DNA of 64,000 nt from Geosiphon pyriformis uo1 (lineage: Eukaryota > Fungi > Glomeromycota), in assembly GCA_016748015.1 (NCBI GenBank), contig JAAOMT010000134.1:68757-132756 (forward strand), given 5' to 3'. The translations under genes were made by a program, and so were the position numbers. Position 1 is the stretch's first letter, and every line of letters begins with the position of its first letter. The notes under the pieces were generated by a model. That model had not been told where the DNA came from. It saw only the letters and a list, made by a program, of their open reading frames with translations, and did no database searches. This document shows, piece after piece, positions 52,800 to 64,000 of this stretch.

Positions 52800-53681
52800 T
52801 GTTACTCATAAAAAGAAAACAGATATAGAAAATAGTAGACCAATAAGAGAATAGTATTTAGCATGTGAGCACATTGCTCAGCAATGTGAAGCAATGTCAG
52901 AAATCATGGCACATTGCTTAGCAATGTGAAGCAATGTTAAAAAACATGGCACATTGTTCAGCAATGTGGAGCGATGTTAGAAAATTAGGGCATATTGTTT
53001 AGCAATATGAGCATTGCTCAAGAAATCATAGCACATTGCTCAGGAATGTGAGCAATCTCATAGAACATCAATTATGTATATATAGTGGTAGCATTAGAAG
53101 TAAAAAGAGGAGAATTTCTAATTAGAAATCTTCTATCCACAAATATTAAATAAATAAATTATCTACTATCCAAATTCACTCTCCACTATCAACACTTCAT
53201 GTTGATAGTAATTGATACTTAACTACACTGGAACAATAGCTCTTGATCACAGCTATTGATGAGCTACTAACTTGCATATTGCCTTGGTTCATTTTTTTAT
53301 TTTCTTTTATTTATTTCTTTCTTTGATTTTTCTTGTTGAATATTAACTGATTAAGGATTAAAGCACTGAGTAATTGATATCACGGATAGCCTGATAAAAG
53401 ACCCAGAAATAAGGGTAAAATTATATATATATTAATAGATAGCTTATTAGAAGAACATAAATGCCAGAATAAACTGGCCACTAAGCTGAAGACAAAAATT
53501 GGGAACACAACTCACCAACCAACTACTTCGTCATTGAATTTCTGTTCATTATACAAAGAACTCCACTCTAAAAACCTTTAGATACAACTAAAGTGCCAGT
53601 AACATCAGTATTATCAAGATATTGAGTGCCAAGTTATGGATTTGTTATTTGATTTGAGACTCCAAATAATTATCTGTAACA
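52800..53681 (+). repeat. 5' LTR of F (882 bp)
   Basis: TGTTAC...GTAACA; repeated at 63412. Confidence 0.94.
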
Positions 53682-55709
53682 TTTGGTGCTCCCTGTAAGG
53701 TATAATCTTACAGAGAACCAGCACCATCAACAATTATTCAAAAGTGGCAGAATCAGAAATTATAGGAACAAACCATTTAGGATTTGCCAAATCCTTATTC
53801 CAACAGTACAGTCAACAATTAGGATTGAACAATAATCATTTCCCAGCGGAATCAGCCTTCAACTTTTATGTCAACAATAAAATCACAGACTGCTTAGGAG
53901 GAACAGTTAACATTAAATTCACAAAAGAAAATTTCTATACAGAATTATTTCAACATACCAGCTTAACAAGAAACTACAGTTTTGCACCAATTATTAAGGA
54001 AATCAATCAAACTATTAAAAGATATACACAATAACAATTTCCCATCACCTATGCAGATAAAGGCAAAGGAAGATTGCAAACTCCAGCAGTAACACCAAAA
54101 CAAATTCAACCACCCAATTGGAAGAAAATCTGAGTTGAATCACCTACTCATTCATCATACTATTATACACTCGGAAGTGCCATCAACATCTTATCAACAG
54201 ATGCATCCACATCAAATGTGACATCAACCTTGAGACACTTCTCATTTCAAAGTAAACAACAAAAAGCAGAGTTATTAAGACCATATGGCAATTACTTTGA
54301 AGGATTTAAATTGCGATCACCAATGCCATCAGGATTCCGATCACCATTACCTCAACTAGATTTCAGAAACATAAGTTCTTGGGAAATAATAAATCAGAAG
54401 AAGAGGAAGAAGAAAAATCTGAAGATCAAGAATTTACTTACCAGAACCCAATCATAGAAAACTCGGAATTTAGAACTCCAAATTTTTAAACCCAGCAAAA
54501 TTCAAATTTAAAAAACCTGGAAATTGAAACTCCAAATATTCAACCACTGCCAAATCAAAAAAATCAGAACCCTGATCTAATTAATCAACTGGACCTACCT
54601 TCTATTATTGTCATTAACCCACCACCAATTGAACTGATTGGCCAGTCACTACAACAACCACACCAGTAGATTCAACAGCCATTAGTACTACTTCAACAAC
54701 CAGCACAACTCAACTTAGATCCAATGGCATATGCACCAATAGCCAAACTCAAAAAATTCACCAGTGAAGAAGACAATGCCCAAGTATGGCTAAATAATAT
54801 GAAGAAAGCCATTGTAGCTAATAGATGGAATGACACCAGAACCATGCAAGCCATCCCATATTTTCTTCAAGATACTGCCAATTCATGGTGATCAACAAAC
54901 CCCAAGATTTTAATGCATTCAAAATAAATATTTCAGCAACAATAACAGCATTAACAGGCTAGCAAACACTTTCACTACCATCAAACAAGGAGAAAATGAA
55001 GCAGTTACTATTTACTTAGGACACTTCTACAAGAATCTGCACCAGATCCAAGCCATCAACCCCAATTATTTTACAGTAGCCCAGATCCTAAATTAGTTTA
55101 TTCGCAGATTACACAGTAGTATTCTGCAATACGTACATCTAATGCATCCCATCAATCTGCAAGCAGCTGTCACAAATGCCAGAGATTTTGAAGCTGCTGA
55201 ACTCAAAGCTAACCATGCCCAAGCCATTAATCTAGTAATGAATAGATCATCTGAATTGAATTCCAAATTGAAACAATTTAGTGATTCCATCAATCAGAAA
55301 TTAGAGGGATACTTAGCTAACAATCATGCAATTTATCAACCACCACAATGATGCAATAATTCTGGAAACGCAAATTATTTCCAGAATTAGTCATGTTTAT
55401 TATTGTCATCCAATCAACAGTGGCAATAGAAAACACATGTTTGCCACTATTGTGGTAAACAAAAACACCTACAAATCAATTGCCACCATTGTTTAAATAA
55501 CCAACAATTGGAAAATCAATATCAAAACCCCGATTGCCAGTTTCAAATTCCGAATAACCCACCAAACTCAGAACTATATTATCAGAATTACTTACCTATA
55601 ATGCAGCAGCCACCTTATCAACCACCATTATATCAAATGCCAATTTATCAACTGCAAATTATCAGCCGCAGCCACAATCCATTTATCAGCCGCAGCCTCA
55701 AGTAATATA

Positions 55710-57060
55710 TAGGGGGGTATAAAAAGTATTGAACACTTTTATAATATATTATATAAAAGAACTAACTTATAATTCGTTAATTTTTTATTATTATATTAAA
55801 ATACATGTTAGTATTTTGTTTGACCCCCATTTGCTTTAAGAATAGCTTGAACTTGATATGACATAGACTTAATCAAATTACAATAGTAATTTACAGGTAT
55901 CGCATCCCATTCTTCCTTAACCCACTGTTCCAATTGTACAATATTTGAGGGTTGTGAATTACATTGACGAATTTTAACTTCAATATATGATCAAAAATTT
56001 TCTATTGGAGTAATATCAGGATTTTGTGCTGGCCAAGGAAGTAATTCAACATTTAAAGAGGTAAGAAAAGAATGCATGACTTTTGATGTGTGAATTGGTG
56101 CATTGTCTTCCTGAAAAAAAAACTTTTTTTTAGTTTTATTTGCATGAAGTTTTACTGTAGGAATTGCATAATTAGCCAAAGTTTTGTGGTGTATAACTCC
56201 AGTAATATGACCAACCAAAGAAACTAAAGGACCCAAACCAACCCATAAAAAACATTTCCAAAACATGTGACCAAAGCTTTTTCTAACTGTGGCTGCAATA
56301 CAATCCTTATAAAACTCTTTGGAAGATTTACGCCATATACGTCCAAATCCTGTAGTTCTAAATTGTGTATATGTAGATTTATCTGACCAAACAACTCGTT
56401 TAAAATCTTCTACTGTCCAATTTTTATAAGTACAAATCCATTGTAAACGTTTTTTTTATTTGATTTGGAAATTAATGGCTTGAGATGAGAAATGCATGAG
56501 TGAAGTTTTTCTTGAGCTAATTCATTTTAAATAGTTTGTATAGAAATAGATTTGTTGGTATTTTTAATAAAATTCAATCGTATTTGAGAAAGAGTTTGGC
56601 AGTGGGTTTCTTTATTCTTCATTATTGAATATTTAAGTTGTTCACATGTGCATTTGTCAAGAATTTGTGGTCAGCCCATTCATTTTTTAGGAAGTTTTTT
56701 TAGCTTGTATGACTTCCATACATATTACAGAAAAACATGAACATCCAATAGTCATGAAAATCTCACTGTTTGTATGTCCTAACTTTATTGCTGAAATAAT
56801 CTCTCTTTTTTGGTATTCAGAAAGTTCTTTTCCAAGACACATTTGATGCAGTAAATTTTTTCATAACAAGAATGTTTGATATTTATATATACGCATATGA
56901 TCCACTGTTGTGTTTTACAAGGATGGGATTTATGTTGATTTGTAGATTATAACTATAAGTAATTATAAAAAAAATTATGGCTTAAATTGGTAATGGTATT
57001 ACTATATATAGCCTTTTTTATATATTATATTAAGTGTCCAATACTTTTTATACCCCCCTA
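55710..57060 (-). mobile_element. Tc1-like (DD34E) DNA transposon, 1351 bp
   Basis: 29-bp TIRs TAGGGGGGTATAAAAAGTATTG(A/G)ACACTT; TA TSD (55708-55709 / 57061-57062); removal restores QVIYQP. Confidence 0.95.
55808..56842 (-). pseudogene. Tc1 transposase, degenerate (~345 codons)
   Basis: MCLGKELSE start; VVWSDKS; FQEDNAPIH-x-WPAQNPDITPIEN with 34 residues between D and E; GGQTKY* end. Confidence 0.92.
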
Positions 57061-60000
57061 TACCAGCCCCAACAACTTTAAATACTGCCACAGAACTTAC
57101 CTCAAAATAAAACCCAAAGGCTGAGATTGATCCAACAAAGCTGGAGATTGTCAATGGTAGTTTACCAACTGATCCCCAGTTCTTTTACACAACCAGCAGA
57201 ATCTCAACAATAGAATTTGGGCACCAAGTACACTCAACACCCAAATTCCCAGAACTATTTAAGTCTATTGGTTATCCCAGAAGACACTCAACCCAATAAC
57301 CTGGAAACCAACCAACACCCAATACTTACCAGCAACATTCCACCAGCTACCATTACCAAGAACAAATCACTGGATGCCATCTTTCTGTTTGAACTTGAAG
57401 AACCATCAACCATGCCATTATTTAGTGGAGCTGCTCTGAAAGAAAAACCCATTACTGCCATGTACACTGATGCCAAAGTTGATGACCACTTCATTAAATT
57501 GATCCTAAACAGTAGATTAGCTAGCAGCATCATTACAAAACAACTTATAGACCAATTAGGTTGCTGAGTTGATCATGCTGTCAGTGCCAGAATTATAACT
57601 GCTAATGGAGCAACCGAAACTCCCATTGGTGAGATTGATGACTTCCTTTTTAAAGTCAATGGCATCATTATTCTCATCAAAGTTTTAGTAATAGAAGCAA
57701 TACAATATTAGGCATTAGTAAAGAATAACTGATTATCTAAAATTAATGCCATACTGAACTAGATGACGCAGGAGCTCTAACTGAGCCAAAACAGTAAACA
57801 CACACATGTACCAGCTATATGTAGCCATTTCAAGACCACAAACTCAACAGCCTTACTTATTGAATTCAAGGAAGATAAAGAGAAACCTACTTGGGAAGCA
57901 TACCAAGTCTCTTGGGCTGATAAAAACCACAATGAGCTACCACCAATACTTTCTTGAGACGACAAAGAAAAAGGGAAGGAGAACAAAAAACTTATCTGGA
58001 ATACCAGCCAAGCCTGGGAAACAGATAACAATCAAGATAAATCTGCAACCTGGGAGTGGGAAGAAACTGACAAAAGAAAGAGAAAGAAGAAGGAAGAAGA
58101 AACTACTCTCACCAGCAGCACTTACAGTCCATATACTTATACTTCATCACAACCATCCAATTATTGTCAACCAAAATTAGAGTGTGTCAATTGCAGCAAA
58201 AAACTGTTGTCAATGGGTGCTTGTTGTGATAACAACAAAGAATATGTCATGGCAACAAAATTCTATTGCTGCCCATGCATTATAGAATGCTTTAAATAAC
58301 CAAAATAATAAGAAAAGTGGGACAACTGATCATGTTTCACATGTGGAACTATCTTGTCTGACAAAGGAATGTGGAATGACATTTCTGGGTGAGGAGAGAT
58401 ATGCGACAAGACATGCCAGTATACTATCTTAATAAATAACTGGGTATGCAAAGAAACTCTTATTGATGATGCCTGGAAAAGAGTGTTGTGATGATTAAAA
58501 GAATATCCTCATGACGAACATAAACTCTGGAGAATGGCATATGCAAAAACAGAAGGTGCGACAACTAGTAAACTACTGGAAATAAAAAACAACCCTCTAT
58601 CTCTTCCTGAACTTGAATACGTCTAAACTTTCAATGTCTTTGGCAACATCAAGAACAACCCAAAAGAATTTCATGAACATTACCAGCAATTAGCACCCAC
58701 CAAAAAAGAGTAGAAACAACACTTGGAAGAAATAAACACCTGATTATGTAACTACTGTTTAATCCCATGTGACTTTTAGTATTGTAATAAGTGTGACCTC
58801 ATTTACAATCCACCATCATGCATGATCTACACGATTTTAGAAGAAGATGAACCAATAAGCAACTGCACATTGGAATCAGAATTAACTTTCAATCCTGATT
58901 CAAACTTCGACAATAATGATGAGAAAAACACTGGTTTTAGCTCTACTCAATACGACAACAAAAATATCAATAATTCAGACTCCGATTCAAACCCCGAAAT
59001 ATATATTGCATTTCTTAATCTATCTAAAGAGCAGGAACTCAAATGGTATAGTGACAATAATAAAGGTATTATGCCAGAATACACACATGATACTAATGCA
59101 GAATTTGATCTAAAATATCTGGGAAAAGAAGCCATCAAATTGAAACCAAATTCACACACATGTATTAATCTCAAAATAGCTCTAGAAATTTTAGCAACAA
59201 CCATGGTTCAATTAGCATCTAGAAGTAGCCTAGTGAAAAAAAAAATCAACATCAGAGGAGGAATAATTAATGCAGGATATGTAGGAAATATTATTGCTAT
59301 GCTACAAAATAACTTAGAAAAGGCCTATATCATAGAGCCAAATGAAAAGATAGCACAGGAAATATTCCTGCCTCTGGTAAAAATAGCTAAATTAGTATCA
59401 GTGGGAAACAGGGAAGAATTAGGGATAACAGCAAGAGGGATACAGGAATTTGGATCTATGGGTAGAATAAATATACCAATTAATATGGCAGAGGAAGAAA
59501 TTGTTAACAAAAGAGAAATTATCTCAACCCATCAAACAATTTTCATTCCGCCATATGACCAGTATATGTTAGCCATAAAAAGAGAAGTAAAGAATCAAGC
59601 TCAATTGTTTGAAGCAGAAGCCACTATTTGTGAATCAGAGGAAATTGGACTCACCAATCTCTACATATTAGCCAAAAGCTCCAAAAACATTAAAATCTCT
59701 ATCTATAATGCAACTGAAAAGGTCATCGAAATACCAAAGGGAACCATCATTGGATATTTAACCACCAAAGTTGAGAATCAACCACCAAACCACATTCCAG
59801 ATTTTCTACAGCTTTGCGAATATGTGGACATTATATCACAAACTATCTATAGAAGAAGTAAATGTTATTTGCTCCAATCAGAACAATTGGAACAGATGAA
59901 CATGGGGAATCTAGATCCACTTTAACAGATGCAACTCAAAATGTTACTCAACAATTTCAATGACATCTTTGCTAGTGAAAATAAATTTGGCCAAACCAAC

Positions 60001-61325
60001 ATCATTTAGCATCAGATCAAAACTGGAAATGTAATGCCAATTAAACAAAGAGCATACAGAGTACCACCAGCTAGCCATAAAATCATTTGTCAAAAAATTA
60101 ACCAAATGCTTGACAATGGGCTAATTCAGCCATCAATGAGTCTATGGTCATTACCAGTAGTACTGGTCTGTAAGAAAAATGGGAAAATTCATTTTTGTGT
60201 AGACTACCAGAAACTGAATGGAATAACAAAAGGTGATAGCTATCTAACTCCAAAGATCTAAGAACTATTTGATGCTTTTGAAGGAAATAAATGGTTCTCA
60301 ACATTAAATTTAGATTGTAGTTACTGACAAGTAGCCATAGATCTAGCTGACAAAGAAAAAACAACATTCACCACAAGAGAAAGAAATTTTGAGTTTGAAA
60401 TCATGCCATTTGGCTTGATGAATGCTCCAGCAACATTCCAATGGCTCATGGAAATTGTCTATACTGGATACTATGAAAATCAGTAGTTATATACTTGGAT
60501 GACACCAATGTGTTCTCAAAAACATTTGATGATCATCTGCATCATTTCCAACAAGTGTTCAAAAGATTAAGAAAAGCAGGATTAAAACTAAACACAACCA
60601 AATGTTTCTTTGAAAAAACTGAACTCAAGTTTTTGGGACATGTAGTGAGCAAAAATAGAATTAAAATGGATCCAGACAAGATTGAAGTAGTTAAGAACTT
60701 TCTGGTACCAACCAACTTGATAGAACTAAGAGCATTTTTAAGTTTTGCAAGTTATTATCGCCGTTTTATCAAAGACTTTTCAAAACTGGCTCAGCCACTT
60801 CACCATCTACAAACCAAGAATGTGAAGTATGAATGGACCAAAGCTCAACAAGAAGCATTTGACACATTAAGAAGAAAGCTTATCCAAGCTCCAGTATTGA
60901 TGTATCCAGATTACAGCAAATTATTCATAATCACTACTGATGCATTAAGTCAAGCATTGAGAGCAGTACTATCACAGAAAAAATCAGATAGAAGAAAACA
61001 TCTAGTAGCTTATGCCAGTAGAAACTTAAGTCCAGCTGAAAAGAACTATAGAACTCCAGTACTAAAATACTTAGCTATCTATTGGGCTGTCATTAAATGG
61101 AAGAAATACTTGAGTCAAAAGTTTGAAGTGTACACTGATTATAAAGAATTGACTTCAATCCAGAAATAAGAATTTGCAGACAATTGTCATGTTAGATGGA
61201 AAATAGAACTTTTACTATTTAATTATACAGTACATTATAAAAAAAGAAAAGACAATGGAAATGCTGATGGTCTGTCAAGAATGAAACAAATCTAAAAACA
61301 TTTTAAACCAAAAATATAACAAAAG

Positions 61326-62702
61326 ATGAATATACAAAAATACCAACAACTTCAATATTATATAAATATCCAATTGTTCAAGGAGAAATTATTTTAAAAA
61401 GAACAAAAGAACATAAAACAACAATCAAAAAATTTTATCAACCATCAAAATATACTTTACTGGAAGAACAGAAGAAATCCAGATCAACCAACTAGAGTAA
61501 TCACAGAACCAGAGAAAGAGACAATATTATTCAACATGCACTCAGACCCAACAGCAGGACATTTTCATAAAGAAGCGACCATGGAAAAAATCAGAAAGAG
61601 ATATTATTGGCCATCAATATATCTAGACATCATTCAATATGTTCAGAATTGTGATGCTTGTCAGAGAAGAAATAGAACAAGACCAAGTCAACCATTAAGA
61701 CCAATCAAAGTAAAACAACCATTTGATCACATTGGAATTGACTTAGTCAGACCATTAGCAATCACCAGCAGAAGCAACAGATATATTGCAATAGCCATAG
61801 ACTATCTCACAAAATGGCCAGAAACAAAAGCCATTCAAAGAGCAGATGCAAAATTCATTGCCGAATTCATCCATTAAGATTTGATATGTTAATATAGATA
61901 TTCAAAAGAACTACTATCAGATCAAAGAACTCATTTTGTGAATAGAACATTAACAGAATTAAGTCAGAGATTTGGGATAAAAAGACCATTATCATCATCA
62001 TATCATCCACAAACAAATGAACTAGTCAAAAGATTTAACAGAACACTGTGTGAAGCAATTGCCAAAATTAGTCAAAAAAACCAAGATGAATGGAATTTGT
62101 TTATACCATTAGTATTATTTGCTTATTGGATAATGAGACAAGATACTACACAAACAACATCATTTGAATTGATATATGGTAGGACAGCAACATTACCAGT
62201 TGAGAGAAAGGTCAGCACATATTCAACAGAACCAATAACAGAAGCTAATTTCCAAGAAACATTGTTGAGAAGAACATATGACCTAATGAAAACACTAGAA
62301 AACAGATGACAAAAAGCAGCTAATAATATTCAAAAGCCTCAAGAAAAGCAAAAAAAACAACACAATAACCAATTACCAGATAAACCAGTTGAATTCAAGA
62401 TTGGAGACAAAGTACTTCTACATCATACCAAAGCAAAAAAACAATGGAGTAAAAAATTTGATCCCAAATAGGACAGATCATTTTACATAAAAGAAATTCT
62501 TAGAAATAGAGCTTATAAACTAAAATAGGACAACAAAATCTTAGCCAAAGCAGCACATAGTGATCGACTGAAACCATATTACCAAATAGCATTATTATCT
62601 ACCAATAACATTCTACAATTAGGAGTATAATGAATACTGGTTCAACCAAATAAGATTCCATGAGATCTGGAACCAATCATAATCATTGGACCAAACACGT
62701 AA
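61326..62702 (+). pseudogene. Integrase of F, separate ORF
   Basis: ATG 61326; HSDPTAGH..CDAC; DDE-region motifs. Confidence 0.9.
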
Positions 62703-62762
62703 AATCAAACAATAAAAGAGTATATAAAGACACAGTATATGTGACAAAGGCAACCAAAAAAA

Positions 62763-63398
62763 ATGGAAATACCAGATCATATTCATGCCATAGCTCAACA
62801 ATTATTTCAGGCCTTAAGTCAACAATTTTTTGACATGAAAATTATCATTAACAACCAAACAATTTGCTATCAAAACACCAAAAAAAAGACAAAAAATACA
62901 CCATATTAGCAGTTACCAAAGAATGATAAAAACTGGTCAGACAATATAATAGAAAAAATAAAGAACACTTTTGGAAAAATACCTATTATGACGCCAACAA
63001 AAGAACTTACAAAAGAGAATTGGAAGCAATGAACAGAACAACTTCCAATATCATACTTTTACTATCAGTTAGATTAAAAGTTGAATATTCAGGAGTTGTA
63101 TATCAACAAATTCAAGAGAATATTCAACCAAAACATAATACAACAAATTAAAGAATTTATCAGAAAGAAAACAAATTCAACACTACATGTTAAAACAATG
63201 TACTGACTACACAACATATTTTGGAACAACCCAGAAATACTGTTACACTCTGAAATGGAAACCATAACCATTAACCAATAGGGAAGAATGAACAATACAC
63301 AAGTAGAAGGTGTGAGAAACAGAGTTGAACAAACAATACTTGAAAAAAAAGTATTAGAATTAATTCAAAATGAAGATTTCAACAGAGCTTAATATTAA
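62763..63398 (+). pseudogene. ORF3 of F (MEIPDHIH...)
   Basis: 636 nt, colinear with ORF3 of C. Confidence 0.75.
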
Positions 63399-63411
63399 AA
63401 GAAGAAGATAA

Positions 63412-64000
63412 TATTACTCATAAAAAGAAAACAGATATAGAAAATAGTAGACCAATAAGAGAATAGTATTTAGTACATGAGCACATTGCTTAGCAATGTA
63501 GAGCAATATTAGAAATCATGGCACATTGCTCAGCAATGTGGAGCAATGTCAGAAAGCATAGCACATTACTTAGCAATATGAAACAATGTTAAAAAATTAG
63601 GGCACATTGTTCAGCAATGTGAGCATTGCTCAAGAAATCATAGCACATTGCTCAGGAATGTAAGCAATCTCATAGAACATCAATTATGTATATATAGTGG
63701 TAGCATTAGAAGTAAAAAGAGGAGAATCTCTAGTTAGAAATTTTCCATCCACAAATATTAAATAAATAAATCATCTACTATCCAAATTCACTTTCCATTA
63801 TCAACACTTTATGTTGATAGTAATTGATACTTAACTATGCTAGAACAATAGCTCTTGATCACAGCTATTGATGAGATATTAACTTGCACATTATCTTGGC
63901 TTATTTCTTTATTTTCTTTTATTTCTTTCTTTTTTTAATTTTTCTTGTTGAATACTAACTAATTAATGATTAAAATGCTGAGTAATTGACGTCATGGATA
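63412..64000 (+). repeat. 3' LTR of F (partial)
   Basis: Matches 52800 onward; follows PPT AAAAGAAGAAGATAA. Confidence 0.93.

Larger units (their letters stand above)
53744..61295 (+). pseudogene. gag-pol: gag-pol of F, interrupted by Tc1
   Basis: Capsid ATG 54724; dUTPase in ORF 58822-59925; YLDD at ~60492; ends DGLSRMKQI*. Confidence 0.9.
52800..64000 (+). mobile_element. Element F: near-complete Ty3/Gypsy element (3' LTR runs off the window)
   Basis: 5' LTR 52800-53681; PBS 53684; gag-pol; IN; ORF3; PPT; 3' LTR from 63412. Confidence 0.94.

Noticed and set aside
52860-53060. CRISPR-like array (palindromic repeats with ~40-bp period; also 37510-37700)
   Set aside because: It lies inside LTR U3, the spacers are related to each other, and there are no cas genes; the context is eukaryotic.
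58822-59925. Host dUTPase gene
   Set aside because: It is in frame with pol and present in every element copy.

Overview
This is a eukaryotic, AT-rich window made entirely of transposons; I found no supportable host gene, RNA gene or CRISPR array. It is a nested cluster of decayed Ty3/Gypsy LTR retrotransposons (my labels A-G) with termini TGTTAC...GTAACA and 4-bp TSDs. It also holds one degenerate LINE (7431-~10270), one Tc1/DD34E DNA transposon (55710-57060) and one assembly-gap duplication. Nesting: element B (24123-33984, divergent family) sits in pol of C, and D (37443-47670) sits in the 3' LTR of C. C (18308-48399) interrupts E, and E interrupts the 5' LTR of minus-strand G. F (52800->64000) sits in RNase H of E, Tc1 sits in gag of F, and a solo LTR sits in RT of G. 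All copies are riddled with C>T/G>A transitions, so the short ORFs in the track are same-frame pieces of long ancestral ORFs. Both families share an unusual 'complex retrovirus-like' layout. It starts with a Met-free, probably GUG-initiated extension, then Gag(CCHC), protease, a Cys-rich domain, dUTPase, a dUTPase-like domain, RT and RNase H, ending in a conserved STOP. Integrase follows as a separate ORF, then a ~210-aa non-env ORF3 behind an internal TATA-like box. ORF3 type co-varies with the U3 repeat array. The LTRs carry hairpins with family-specific palindromic 9-nt loops resembling retroviral dimerisation signals. The host is probably a fungus; the proteins recall Glomeromycotina (e.g. 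Geosiphon) repeats, but that is unverified recollection.
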